This document shows positions 32,501 through 42,583 of a stretch of DNA of 64,000 nt, one piece after another. A model generated the notes under the pieces. That model worked only from the letters and a program-made list of their open reading frames with translations, had not been told where the DNA came from and searched no databases. The translations under genes and the position numbers were made by a program. Position 1 is the first letter of the stretch. Each line of letters starts with the position of its first letter. Source of the stretch: Tortispora ganteri. Lineage: Eukaryota. The stretch lies in NCBI GenBank assembly GCA_003707115.1, contig PPNB01000002.1:372001-436000 (forward strand), read 5' to 3'.

Positions 32501-34420
32501 TGGCAAAAGATTGTTCCATTGGTGAACCAAGGTCGGTTTCAAGCTCCTGCTGATCTTTTTATTGAAAATCCCGATGATAATGATCCTGAAATCAAGTTTT
32601 ATAAGGAGATTTTTGATTTTGTATCGTTCGACAGCGCTGCTAATATGTTCTTAATGAAATGTGGAGCACGTGACAGACCAGATATTGTTGAAATTGCCTC
32701 ATCTGTCGTAGACGATCCGGATAGAATATATCGTCTGGTTGGCTCTCCTGCTCGCTATGAACAGCTTCTGGCTCAGTTCTCGTTTGAGATGGAAAAACTG
32801 AAGAAACATAAAGATCTTATCTATAAGATGAAAAAGTGTAAATTTCTTCTCGGAGTGAGTTATACTGCTTTGAAGCCTGGAGATATCGATGGAGATGCCA
32901 CTAATAGTAGTCGAAACTACGTTCTCGCTACCCCTAGCGATATAGTGATTGTGGATGACGTTGTGGCATTTAATCTTTTCAGGTATGAGATTATTTCATC
33001 ACCCATGCATCGCGTTCTTGACTCTTTTTACTTAAAATTGGGATCTAGATCGGTCAGAGATATATATTTTGAAGTTCCTGATATTGGACATGAAATCCCA
33101 GAGGACAAGGCTTCCGCTGATTTGAAAGTTCAGATATTGGAAAGGTGTTGGTTGTATATGGAGAGCTCGCCTAGAGATTTAAAGCTGAAATATTCCAAAC
33201 TGGAGAAGATAATCAAGTTCCATTTTGTGAATAAAATTATGGTGAACCGCTATTTGGAATATCAAGGCAGAAAAATATCCAAGAAACCGGACTCCGTTGG
33301 TGCGTTTCTCAAATACGGACAGGAAGCTGACTTATACATATCTTTTCCTGTGGACTGGTTCAACCTAAGTAGAGCTTTAGTTCTACTAATACATGAGTCT
33401 CCTGAACCTGAATATGCGACAGTCATGGAAGCTGTTCTACAGCGACCTTTGGCTGAATTGGAAAAGCGAGGATACAACGTGGACAGAATTATTAGAAGAC
33501 GCGAAGCGGCACAGCGAGATCAAGCGGAAAAGCTTCAAGCTATTTTCCAGCAAGAGAATAAGAAAAAGGCGCAAGTTTCAAATGCTATACCCGAGGATGT
33601 GAGTTCTAGTCCTTCACTAAATGAAGAAAAGCCAGTTTCCTTGAAGAAGAATGAGCCAAAAGTTCCATCAAATCAATTGCAAAAATCTTTACCTTCACCC
33701 AAGTCTCCGTCTAGTGGTGGAGGTTTATTAGCAAAATCTATGAAGCAGACTCTTAGCAAGGCATTTAATAATAGCTTTGGAGGGTCTGATTTCTCAAAAC
33801 TCATGAATAATCCTACTATTGGAAAGGCGGATGTGAGCGGTATAGAAAGTACTGCTTCCGCCGCGATGAAAATGTCTAAGTCACATTCAGGAAGAGATAT
33901 CGTGTCTCCTGACACTATAGTTCAAGCTGAAGGGCCTAATGTTCAAAATTCATTATGCGATTATTCCGGTTCTAAGAATTTAACGGCTTGTGGACTTGAG
34001 TTTGGCGGTATTTCAGTTTATATGCCGAAAGACGTTCACAGTATGTCAGATGATACGATATTGAAGTGTGAAGAGTTCTCAGGTGTTCTGCATCTTTTGT
34101 CTGGAGTGTTTGGTACATCTATTAAAAGCTTTCATATATTTGTTGATCCTAACGACAGGACTATTGGATTTAATTATAATAAGAGCTTGTTTTTCAATGC
34201 GGCATACTATGGTATGGATATTAAAAAGTCTCATTACTCTGGTAGCGCATCTGGTGGATCTACAAAGAAGAAAGCGCTCGAATTTTGGTTTCCTGTTGTA
34301 TGTCATGAAATGGCTCACAATATAGTTCCTCAGCATGGTCAGCAGCATTCGTATATCAGTGAGAGTATAGTGCAATACAACATTGGAAGGTTTGCGGAAC
34401 TTTTGAATAGTATACAATAA
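29588..34420 (+). CDS. Large GHKL (Hsp90/sacsin-like) ATPase-domain protein, DUF3684-like, with C-terminal HExxH zinc-peptidase motif
   Basis: FRELIQNGADA, ISNNG, GNPDESKIGAFGVGFYSVFS (GHKL motifs); CHEMAHNIVPQH near the C-terminus. Confidence 0.85.
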   Translation: MNYNLFRSSDSNPVSANVVTVNHKALITRTLTKYPVDYALFRELIQNGADAGASTVRISFTTNEGLHKESIADTIKDATVKGLQISNNGSIFQSSDWKRLREIASGNPDESKIGAFGVGFYSVFSVTEEPLVHSGDSMMCFFYIKDQLNYRFTDKTPKYSEWTIIDLPYSHRDQNLPDLSGLTAFLTQSMTFIKVSNLQIYVDNILVYSFSKTSSPSKILPISSYISPQTPNKNLKLTSLTSQDTTISLSYYRFLEDLDYFSRDSTYLKRGIKLFSNLVTNKSDPKQWCEGSVSLIMVTGEIAVNISTKFSNQIKQAVLKPPPKKSSMSFLYKPYTQASDKYDSYPMLSHVFPSSGIDSRIFIGFPTKQSTGLSLHIHAPHLIPTMERTAVDLSNTHVCDWNKDMLALCGILLCSYYTECAHQTPQNLDSSEFTKYAGHIISQFTSGTSSPDKAVGYSIAMGFWNASKNFPLPTHDRFVSNAVIRVSSDPCSFLKGIHLLNKDLQDNYSSFFQRARDFEIIKQLSIQDIKNSLNKETMNSTQLVLFFKWLNSALLNKSFAESDLTALLSYAYYSPESGEYVKSLATFQYYKPSQGLPSEYPIPDNCLPSEVSARLSNNKMASIMRLQALPTEVQFMHIIKLAKSGKGLKDELNPVINIHVSKVLFEALSLVWTGLQHNVQKDIKDEISDCSVIATQKGMLIPSKTYIDRIPAFPALPVVLPEVATLARSMLIFLGVRETVEPKYALSLIESKETHISIPELVQYFVNQRKRLKEEDLNLLSSLSIFPRAGTDSFAKISELYSPIQSHIALDLPVLLWTGYDPGSDSAKFLVKLGLIDHIPIDKWTVLISQKTITPERRFKLLQYYFQNYDSKTYFVKSISSSIIPDNAGNLHAVSECYTDPDVECFGFPIVHSDIRREAWKLNIKEHPSTQQLIDILIKSPPRTKAAANAQFSLMSKMVQQLSRADLNRLSWQKIVPLVNQGRFQAPADLFIENPDDNDPEIKFYKEIFDFVSFDSAANMFLMKCGARDRPDIVEIASSVVDDPDRIYRLVGSPARYEQLLAQFSFEMEKLKKHKDLIYKMKKCKFLLGVSYTALKPGDIDGDATNSSRNYVLATPSDIVIVDDVVAFNLFRYEIISSPMHRVLDSFYLKLGSRSVRDIYFEVPDIGHEIPEDKASADLKVQILERCWLYMESSPRDLKLKYSKLEKIIKFHFVNKIMVNRYLEYQGRKISKKPDSVGAFLKYGQEADLYISFPVDWFNLSRALVLLIHESPEPEYATVMEAVLQRPLAELEKRGYNVDRIIRRREAAQRDQAEKLQAIFQQENKKKAQVSNAIPEDVSSSPSLNEEKPVSLKKNEPKVPSNQLQKSLPSPKSPSSGGGLLAKSMKQTLSKAFNNSFGGSDFSKLMNNPTIGKADVSGIESTASAAMKMSKSHSGRDIVSPDTIVQAEGPNVQNSLCDYSGSKNLTACGLEFGGISVYMPKDVHSMSDDTILKCEEFSGVLHLLSGVFGTSIKSFHIFVDPNDRTIGFNYNKSLFFNAAYYGMDIKKSHYSGSASGGSTKKKALEFWFPVVCHEMAHNIVPQHGQQHSYISESIVQYNIGRFAELLNSIQ

Positions 34421-34481
34421 TTAGATTATTATATTTTTTGGACTGTTATTATTGAAAATTCATATGCGTATATTAATATCA

Positions 34482-36128
34482 TTATGTTTGAGTGTTGGAG
34501 ATTCCAAGGTATTTGTCTGGAATCACCACCCAACCAGTACCTATGATTCCAAGGCATATGGAAAGGGTGACAAGGAAATAATCAAAGTATTGCTCGAGTT
34601 TAGAAACTTTTGAGCCAAAAATCTTTAAATAAAAAAGGAGAGGGAGAATAACACAAATGAGAAAACACATGCAACTTCCCATAAGAGCCATGACACGATC
34701 GAAATTAGGGAATAGAATGGCAAATATAGCCAGCATTATATTGACAGAAATGATAACTGCAAATCGTCCTAGTTGCTTATACTTGGTGTCTGTGTACTCA
34801 TTGACTTTATAGACGCCCAAAATGACTTCTAGAGTTGTAATGACAGGTCGTAGATTGAGCGGGACCTTTGTAATAGGAATAATGACAATCAAAACTAAGA
34901 GCAGAATAGGTACAAATGAAGGGTATCCCTGAGATTTAAACAAGTTCTTAGTGAGTTCATCTTCTACTAAGTTTCCAAACATAAGGAGGCCGACTATACC
35001 CATGGCGGCGTCAATGCCAAATGTAGACATGAAGGATACTTTTAGGCAGTGCGGGAATTTTTTAGGATGTCTCATATCTCTATAAACATTAGGGAAAACG
35101 GAATGACCTCCCCAAGGAGCCATTAGGAGTCCAAAAGATAGGGGCAGAGTCATCCAGTTTGCGGGAAAAAGAGGTACAGGCATGGGATGCAATAGAGAGC
35201 CAGGACTGGTATGTTTCCAGAGTCCACATATGACAGTCAAGAGAAGGAGGCCAAAGGTGGACATAATTCCTAAGATACTTGAAAAGCTTAGAACAGAAAG
35301 AGGCAAAAATGACAGAGGCGTAAAAATAATGAAAGCTAAGCATTCGAACTGGAATCGCGAGACATGCGGGTAGAGTGTATGTAAAGAGTCTGCGAACAGA
35401 ACAAATAATGCTACACATGCAGCTATTAATTCGACCGAGAACAAAAAAGAAATAAGCAAACGTGCAGTGGGACCAAATGCAGAATAGCCTATATCGGCGT
35501 ATGTAACTAGAGTATGGTCAGTATCCAAGCATTTGGCCAAAAGTCGCGAAGTGTACCAACAAGTTATTGCCATCAGGGACAAAGAAATCAGACCAAGTAT
35601 TAATCCGGAATATTTCAAGCCTAATGGCAAACTTAGAAGACCTACTCCAACCAGGATATTGATGCTGTTGAATATTGTTTGAGGAGCTGTTGATTGTCCT
35701 ACGACAATGTCTATTGAAGTGCCGTCTTCATTTTGCACGTGTTTAACAATTACAGGTTCGCTTTCGGACATAGCGGGTTGTACAACGCTAAGTGATCTTA
35801 TTGTTCCATTCTGTGGTATTCTTCCACTAATAGAGTCATATCGCGATCTATTATCTGAGATAGTCTGAGAGTCCAAGAGATTTTCATCCTCAAAAACATC
35901 TATATATTGTTGAGATTCTGAATCATTGAATAAATAAGACCGCTGTTGATAAGAAGATGGCTCAATTGCAAGAAAAGATTGAGCTCTTGTATACGAACTA
36001 GCAAACCTGTCTACGGAGTTAACTCCTCCTAATTGTCGTAGTCCTCCTAGAGTAAGCGACGATCGGCGAATTCTTATACCATGCGCCGAATCGTTGTTAT
36101 TTCCTGATGAATGTTCGTCGCCAGACAT
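34482..36128 (-). CDS. AVT1: Vacuolar amino acid transporter (AAAP family)
   Basis: GQSTAPQTIFNSINILVGVGLLSLP, WGGHSVFPNVYRDMRHP, multiple TM segments; first ATG at 36128. Confidence 0.9.
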   Translation of the reverse strand: MSGDEHSSGNNNDSAHGIRIRRSSLTLGGLRQLGGVNSVDRFASSYTRAQSFLAIEPSSYQQRSYLFNDSESQQYIDVFEDENLLDSQTISDNRSRYDSISGRIPQNGTIRSLSVVQPAMSESEPVIVKHVQNEDGTSIDIVVGQSTAPQTIFNSINILVGVGLLSLPLGLKYSGLILGLISLSLMAITCWYTSRLLAKCLDTDHTLVTYADIGYSAFGPTARLLISFLFSVELIAACVALFVLFADSLHTLYPHVSRFQFECLAFIIFTPLSFLPLSVLSFSSILGIMSTFGLLLLTVICGLWKHTSPGSLLHPMPVPLFPANWMTLPLSFGLLMAPWGGHSVFPNVYRDMRHPKKFPHCLKVSFMSTFGIDAAMGIVGLLMFGNLVEDELTKNLFKSQGYPSFVPILLLVLIVIIPITKVPLNLRPVITTLEVILGVYKVNEYTDTKYKQLGRFAVIISVNIMLAIFAILFPNFDRVMALMGSCMCFLICVILPLLFYLKIFGSKVSKLEQYFDYFLVTLSICLGIIGTGWVVIPDKYLGISNTQT

Positions 36129-36401
36129 TTTCAATAGTTGACGAAGAAATTTATACAAATCCTATAAAGAATAGCTGCTTCACACCCCTAGGAAACAAAA
36201 AAACGAAATGTTGAAAATAGGTCCACTGATAAGGGGTGTAATTTGAGTGTTTAAGATCTTATTTGGAAATTAAGAGTTAATTTTAAATATTAAGGTTTGT
36301 ATTAACCAATATGAATACGTATATTCATATTAAGCTTTACAAGACTTGTTCAAGTTTCGAAGAATGCATTCTTAGAAGAATAGAATCATACAATAGCAAT
36401 T

Positions 36402-38498
36402 TCAATGCAAGAATACCTGGCAGGCACTATGTAGTTTAGCCTGCATCTCTTCATATTCTCCCTCAGGTGTACTTAAAGCGACAACAGCACCTCCTGCACC
36501 AAGAGTCCAAGTATGTGTAGTGTCTGTAGTGTCTTTAGTATACCGCACAGCGGTGCGGATTACAACGCTCCAGTCTCCCCGGCCTGCAATGTCCAGGTAT
36601 CCTATAACACCAGAATATATTCCTCTAGTCTTGTCTTTTTCAATTGATTTAAGAATATCAACAGACCTTTTCTTGGGAGCCCCCGTCATTGACCCTGGGG
36701 GAAGGGCATGTCGCAATAGATCTAGCCCATGAAATGACTGTCTAAGCCTGCCAGTGATAGCGCTGACTAGCTGATACACTGTTTCATACTCTTCGACTTT
36801 CATTAGTTGACTTACCTCAACTTTGGTGCATATTTGATTAAGGTCATGTCTTATTAAATCGACAATCATAAGGTTCTCGGCGCGTTCTTTTCTGGAGTTC
36901 AAAATCTCGCTGGCTTTCTCAAATGTCATCCCACTTGACTTCTTCACTGTGCCCTTGATAGGTCTAAGTTCGCAAGTTCCCTCAGCGTTCCATTTGAGAA
37001 ATCTCTCGGGAGAAGAAGAAGCAACAACTGCACCAGGAAGATCAAGGTAACAGGCGTAAGGCGCTGGATTCATACGTCGCAGCTTCTTGTAGAACTCCCA
37101 TGAATCAGCTGGCTCTATAGATACACGCACTCGTTGAGTTAGACACAATTCATAGGAGTCGCCCGAATTGAGGAACTTCTGGCATTGAAGTACCATTTGT
37201 TCGTATTTTTCGCGGTCAAGCTGGGCAATAGGTTGTTTAAGAATAGCTGAAAAATTGGAATCTGCAACAGGTTTCATGTTCCAATGTTCAAGTAACGAGC
37301 TGATTTTCTTAACCCAAGGATCATCATGAATATATACAGAAAAGATATGAACCTTAGACGAATTGCAGCTCATCACAATAGATCTGCGTGTAAACATGAG
37401 ACTGAAGTCGTAATCTTTCCCATCAGAAGCTATACCTAGTCCAGACATGCCTGCTTCATATGATATATACCCTACTATTCCACCCCAAAACGGAACATCT
37501 GTAGGGCCAGTTGACACGGTTCCTTGTTGATCAATATAGGTTTGTAAAAGATTGTAAAATCCATCTACCGATCCCTTTTCGTAAGTTTCATAAAATTTAT
37601 TGTACCCGGTGACATTAAAAGTGCCTGCATTTAGTGCCGAATATATAAGCGAGCTGGATTCGTCATTTATCGCTATTATAGTATGTTTCCCCGGAATCGC
37701 AGCAGATTCTAGAAACTGGAACTTTATGGACTCTGATTTCAAATAGTCGCAAATTGCAACGGGATCAATTTCGAGATCAATACACTTGTGTGTCAAGGAA
37801 AGTAATGGAGGTGAAATTGTTCGTGGAATCGATCGCGGGTTAGAGCAGTGTGATGACCAATAGAAAGATGTATCCATAATAATTCTATGTAATTTTTCAT
37901 TATGCGCAACAGCAAGCTGCCAAAAATTGGAGAAAATTTGCTGGCCATACTGTGAGCATATAGATTCTGGATGAAACTGTACCCCGTAGTACGGCAGCGT
38001 GGGATGAGCAACAGCCATAGGAACAATTAAAGAGTTTGTGTCAGTGCAATGAGCGAGAACGTTGAGTTCATTATTTGTCGGTATTGCATATAAAGAATGA
38101 TATCTAACAGCATTGAACACAGAGGGAATGTCTTTGAATAGAGGATGATTTGGTGCAGTGACCTGTACGGGACATATATAGCCATGTTGCACTTCAGACA
38201 GTCGATCAATAGACCAGTTAAACCTGCAACATAACGACTGGAATCCAAGACATACACCAAATACTGGAACTTCTAATTGATTCCAAAGTTTAGAAGAATA
38301 ACCTACATCTGCCGAACTGAGTGGAGAGCCTGGTCCTGGTCCAAGCACAATAGCAGAGAAGTCAGCAACGTGCTGGAGTAGATCAGAAGCATCGCATTTA
38401 ACTACAGTTACGTGACAATTAGGAATTGACTTATATATCAGATCGAGAAGATTGTATGTAAATGAATCATAATGATCTACCAAAAGAATGTGGTTCAT
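36402..38498 (-). CDS. ABZ1: Aminodeoxychorismate (PABA) synthase, fused PabA-PabB
   Basis: DHYDSFTYNL, GPGPGSP, GVCLG, QFHPES; GDSYELCLT, SSPERFL, KERAENLMIVDLIRHDL, PPGSMTGAPK. Confidence 0.96.
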   Translation of the reverse strand: MNHILLVDHYDSFTYNLLDLIYKSIPNCHVTVVKCDASDLLQHVADFSAIVLGPGPGSPLSSADVGYSSKLWNQLEVPVFGVCLGFQSLCCRFNWSIDRLSEVQHGYICPVQVTAPNHPLFKDIPSVFNAVRYHSLYAIPTNNELNVLAHCTDTNSLIVPMAVAHPTLPYYGVQFHPESICSQYGQQIFSNFWQLAVAHNEKLHRIIMDTSFYWSSHCSNPRSIPRTISPPLLSLTHKCIDLEIDPVAICDYLKSESIKFQFLESAAIPGKHTIIAINDESSSLIYSALNAGTFNVTGYNKFYETYEKGSVDGFYNLLQTYIDQQGTVSTGPTDVPFWGGIVGYISYEAGMSGLGIASDGKDYDFSLMFTRRSIVMSCNSSKVHIFSVYIHDDPWVKKISSLLEHWNMKPVADSNFSAILKQPIAQLDREKYEQMVLQCQKFLNSGDSYELCLTQRVRVSIEPADSWEFYKKLRRMNPAPYACYLDLPGAVVASSSPERFLKWNAEGTCELRPIKGTVKKSSGMTFEKASEILNSRKERAENLMIVDLIRHDLNQICTKVEVSQLMKVEEYETVYQLVSAITGRLRQSFHGLDLLRHALPPGSMTGAPKKRSVDILKSIEKDKTRGIYSGVIGYLDIAGRGDWSVVIRTAVRYTKDTTDTTHTWTLGAGGAVVALSTPEGEYEEMQAKLHSACQVFLH

Positions 38499-38645
38499 AT
38501 TCCAAAAAAAAGAAAAATGGATGGTGTTTTAAGAGAAAAGAAAGGTGACAGAGAAATATCAAATGCCAAAAACTTTAAAATAATCAATGTTTAATCTTTT
38601 AGGAGCACTAAATAACAAGTAAAACCGGTATATTATCGATATTCA

Positions 38646-39440
38646 TTAGTTCTTAGAAGAAAGTATTCGCGAATCAATAATTGGAAATATCTTCAAACTG
38701 GAGTACGCTAATGCCGGCAGCAATATAGCCATGAACTTGATGACAGTGAATATAGATGCACCGAGATAGTAGCAGTGGAACAAAACTTGAATAGATATTA
38801 TTGAAACCAAGAAAATTGATTGCGGTAATGATGAGAGCGATGTTTTTAAGAACCTAAAATTTAAAATCCCCTCATTGTTCCACAGAAAAAATAATCCAGC
38901 TAGAGAAGCGACAATGGAACCAGCAAAAATAGCAACTAAAGCGATCGGAGCAGGTTTAGCATCGGAGTTGAAAGTATGAAATAGTTCAGGTTTTGAATGC
39001 AGTTTTAATTCAGGTTCGGTTTTATGCGAGCCTAAAGACAAAATATTGAGAGATCCAATTTCAATATCAACAACGTCTTTAGAATTGGCAGCACCAATGA
39101 GTAATCTCATCGACACGTCACCAGAAAGAGGAATTGTCTTTGATTCAATCGAAACTTTACAGCGACCACTATTTCGTACCTGAACCGGAAATACTGCTTC
39201 ATTTTCAGAAGAATCAATCAATTGAATGAACACTTGGTTAGGAATTTCATTTAACTCGCCTAGATTGAATTTAACACGTAATATCTGATTATTATCGAAC
39301 TCCAACTTCTTGGCAGGTTGTTTCGTCGTGAAGCTCGAAGAGTCGATAATTCCTACCTTTTCGTTCACAGATATCTCTCCATCTTTAATTTTCCACGCAT
39401 ATACCGCCGAAGCAAGCGCAATCAGTGAATATAGCCTCAT
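38646..39440 (-). CDS. SWP1: Oligosaccharyltransferase subunit Swp1 (ribophorin II)
   Basis: Signal peptide, PNQVF, KPELFHTF..K motif, three C-terminal TM segments. Confidence 0.8.
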   Translation of the reverse strand: MRLYSLIALASAVYAWKIKDGEISVNEKVGIIDSSSFTTKQPAKKLEFDNNQILRVKFNLGELNEIPNQVFIQLIDSSENEAVFPVQVRNSGRCKVSIESKTIPLSGDVSMRLLIGAANSKDVVDIEIGSLNILSLGSHKTEPELKLHSKPELFHTFNSDAKPAPIALVAIFAGSIVASLAGLFFLWNNEGILNFRFLKTSLSSLPQSIFLVSIISIQVLFHCYYLGASIFTVIKFMAILLPALAYSSLKIFPIIDSRILSSKN

Positions 39441-39801
39441 TCTGGTCCAGTGACTACTAAAGGGGATAGGTAGAAACGCTCCTCGATTAACTGTGTAATA
39501 TTGTTATAATAGGGTTAAGGGCTTACACTTAAAATGGTTCTCCCCTGAGATTGCAAAACCACCACCAGTTTAACGATCACTCGCTTCATATTGCCTCATA
39601 TTCTGGTAGTAATATTACACATTCTTTCATATTATTATTTTTAACATTAAAAAGAAACAACCGGTCTGTAGAAACAAATTCTAGAACAGTGCAGAAAGTC
39701 TATAATAAACAAGGTTCATGTGTTGCTAAGCAATTCTATATTCTACCAGAGTCCCCCTCTTATCCTTCGCCTATATCTCGCGATCCACGCCGCCTTTCAA
39801 T

Positions 39802-40085
39802 ATGACCACAGTAAGTACCAGCTACTGCTCTAATAATCGCAATTTTATGGTATACTAATGCGTTAATAGTTTGGTAAGATAGTGCACATCTCTGTGGATT
39901 TGGTTTTAGTTTCTGCTGTCCTGGCAGGCGTACGCAGATCATCCGGGCTTCAACTAAAGACTAGTTCGATCCAGTCAGAAGATATTCGCAAAGCCATGAA
40001 TAGATATTTAGCTGTTGGAGAATGGGTATTAGACACTACTGCAACATTTGCTGGCTCAAGTACCTATTTCGAAAGAAAGAAATAA
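39802..40085 (+). CDS. ATG44: Mitofissin Atg44 (Mdi1, DUF1748), 74 aa; exons 39802-39810 and 39870-40085, 59-nt intron
   Basis: ATG ACC ACA|GTAAGT...TACTAAT...TAG|TTT GGT gives MTTFGKIVHISVDLVLVSAVLAGVRRSSGL...RYLAVGEWVLD...GSSTYFERKK, closely resembling S. cerevisiae YIL156W-B as I recall it. Confidence 0.88.
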
Positions 40086-40207
40086 TGACCAATTTTGTCC
40101 CTTACACTTGTTATAACACCCAATTGTTCAACCTTGTTTGTTTAATCGCACGTCTCCAGTGCAATTTTTGCTGATTTTTAACATGTTCATCTGCTTGTTG
40201 TCCTTTG

Positions 40208-41164
40208 TTACGTTGTATTCTCATCGTCGCTCTCGGCCACATGTGCAAGAGGACTGCTGATTATTGGCTTGTGCTTAAGACTTTGCTTTCTGGCTCTCAC
40301 AATAGGATTAGACTCTTCTTGCTGGTGTAGCTGCCCTTGCAGTTCCGCTTGGTGCGTAGGGATTGCTATATTCTTAATCATTGATCTCATGCTGAAATTT
40401 CTCTCTTTAGCTCTTGCAAGTGTATTCATGCATTCAAGCACCCAATGAATAGATACGAAATGTACTGCCTTGTTGTCACTAGCATACTCCACTGTATCGT
40501 TGTTACCCTTTCGGAATACAATATGTGTAGGCACCTCATCTAAACTGTCCTGTACTGTTGCACCCAGTTCTTCCAATTTATTCTGAACAATCGAACGTGC
40601 TTCATTATTCCTGCTCGAACTCACGTCAACAAATACTCTCAGTCCTCTCAAAGGTTTGACTAGTTCCGGTTCTGGCTCTAGGTTATCGTCCGCGAATCGA
40701 ACAGCTTTACTAGGACTCCCGACTGCAGTAATTCGGCCTGGCGAGCGTTGCCTACTGTTAAGGCTTAGATCAGAAACGTTCGGAATAGGAAACTTAGGTA
40801 TGCTTTGGTCAAACATTGCTGTGCTAGTTTCAACTGGCCTTCCTCCTAGTTTCCTTACTGGAGTGACGGCTGATCTGAACGGTCCACGCGATGGTGGCGA
40901 TTCTAGACCGGGAACTTGCCTCACATTGCTTCGCAATGGTGAAATTCTGTCAGGAGAAGTTCTCCATCCCTGGATATACCTCATTCTGCTAGGTGTTTGA
41001 CTGACTGGCAATGGCCCTAGACCTGGAACGTAGTCAAACTCAGTTTGCTTAGACGGCGACACTTTCCCTGGACTTTTGCCCACTTTGACTGGTACAACTC
41101 CATTGATCCTTTCAGTGAAAGGTCTTACTCTGTTTCTCTCAGGACTTCTTGCTTGACTAGCCAT
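40208..41164 (-). CDS. Single-BRCT-domain protein (microcephalin-N-type BRCT) with SP/TP-rich N-terminus
   Basis: PLRGLRVFVDV..LEELGATV..PTHIVFRKG..VSIHWVLEC; first ATG at 41164. Confidence 0.75.
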   Translation of the reverse strand: MASQARSPERNRVRPFTERINGVVPVKVGKSPGKVSPSKQTEFDYVPGLGPLPVSQTPSRMRYIQGWRTSPDRISPLRSNVRQVPGLESPPSRGPFRSAVTPVRKLGGRPVETSTAMFDQSIPKFPIPNVSDLSLNSRQRSPGRITAVGSPSKAVRFADDNLEPEPELVKPLRGLRVFVDVSSSRNNEARSIVQNKLEELGATVQDSLDEVPTHIVFRKGNNDTVEYASDNKAVHFVSIHWVLECMNTLARAKERNFSMRSMIKNIAIPTHQAELQGQLHQQEESNPIVRARKQSLKHKPIISSPLAHVAESDDENTT

Positions 41165-41413
41165 ATTTTCTAAGGGTTTTAAAATAACGGTTCTTATTAA
41201 TCGCAGACTGTTTAGATGCACAAGATAAATATATGTGTATTATATCTATTTATCCCAAATGGGGGGTAGTAAACAATGTTGACATAGCAACAGATCTCTT
41301 GATCTACCAATTAGCACATTCTTTCCTCTAGTCTTCGACGCTATAATTGTCTATACTATAGAATACAGAGACATCTGAGCAGGCTATACTTAGCTCTATC
41401 GATTAAGCTAAGT

Positions 41414-42583
41414 ATGCAGTTTAGTCATATTTTGTATTTATCTCTACTGCTTCACGCAACACTGCTGCTGTATGGCATTTATCAGGATTCAGTATCTGAC
41501 TTGAAATACACCGATATAGATTATTATGTATTCACAGATGCATCGCGCTATGTATATAACGGCAATTCACCTTATATGCGTGAAACTTATCGTTATACGC
41601 CTTTGTTGGCTTGGTTATTATTGCCAACCGTCCACTGGTTCGCATTCGGCAAGGTACTTTTCTGTATCGGAAACGTAATCACTGGCATTCTACTATACAA
41701 AACGCTTTGCCGACGTTTTCCTGCACAAGTCGCAGCTAATTACTCTGCATTATGGCTTTTAAACCCTATGGCGGTTCAAATTTCTACCCGGGGTTCCTCT
41801 GAAGGACTATTGGATGCAATTGTGATCTGTTCATTGTATCTATTTGAATCTGGTAAGATGACATGGTCTGCATTATTAATGGGCTTTGCCATACACTTCA
41901 AATTGTATCCTATAATCTATGTGCCTGCGTATTTGTGGGCTATTCAAGACAAACCAATTGTTGATTTCCTACTGCTTTCTCTAGTGAATCGCGAGCGTCT
42001 TAAATTTATTACCAATGTGGTGTTTTCTTTTTCGGCACTGACCGTCCTCATGTATACATTATACGGCTGGCCTTTTCTCTTGCATTCCTATTTTCATCAC
42101 TTTACACGATTGGATCACCGCCATAATTACTCAGTGTATAATGAATTACTTATGCTAGCAGGGGCACCTAACACGGCATCAATACTACACAGCCAACAAT
42201 ACAGATCTCTAGCATTTTTACCACAACTAATACTATCTGGAATGCTACTTCCTTTAGCATATGCTAAAAGCAATCTCTCTAAATGCCTATTCTTACAGAC
42301 TCTGATTTTTGTTGCATTCAACAAAGTTTGCACAGCACAATACTTTTTGTGGTACTTAGTCTTCATACCGCTAGTACTTCCTAATACTTTGATGGCTCGA
42401 AAGCGATCTATTCTTCTGGGTGCAATTGCATTATGGGTTACTCCTCAAGCACTGTGGCTGATGCAAGCCTATAAGCTAGAATTTCTTGGTGAACAGACGT
42501 TCTTTCCAGGACTTTTCGGTGCAGAGATATTCATGTTCATTTGCAACATTGTGATTGCCGACTTAGTTATTCGATATACGTAA
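41414..42583 (+). CDS. GPI14: GPI mannosyltransferase I (PIG-M)
   Basis: KYTDIDYYVFTDA, SPYMRETYRYTPLLA, ISTRGSSE, HFKLYP, RLDHRHNYS, FNKVCTAQYFLWY. Confidence 0.96.
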   Translation: MQFSHILYLSLLLHATLLLYGIYQDSVSDLKYTDIDYYVFTDASRYVYNGNSPYMRETYRYTPLLAWLLLPTVHWFAFGKVLFCIGNVITGILLYKTLCRRFPAQVAANYSALWLLNPMAVQISTRGSSEGLLDAIVICSLYLFESGKMTWSALLMGFAIHFKLYPIIYVPAYLWAIQDKPIVDFLLLSLVNRERLKFITNVVFSFSALTVLMYTLYGWPFLLHSYFHHFTRLDHRHNYSVYNELLMLAGAPNTASILHSQQYRSLAFLPQLILSGMLLPLAYAKSNLSKCLFLQTLIFVAFNKVCTAQYFLWYLVFIPLVLPNTLMARKRSILLGAIALWVTPQALWLMQAYKLEFLGEQTFFPGLFGAEIFMFICNIVIADLVIRYT

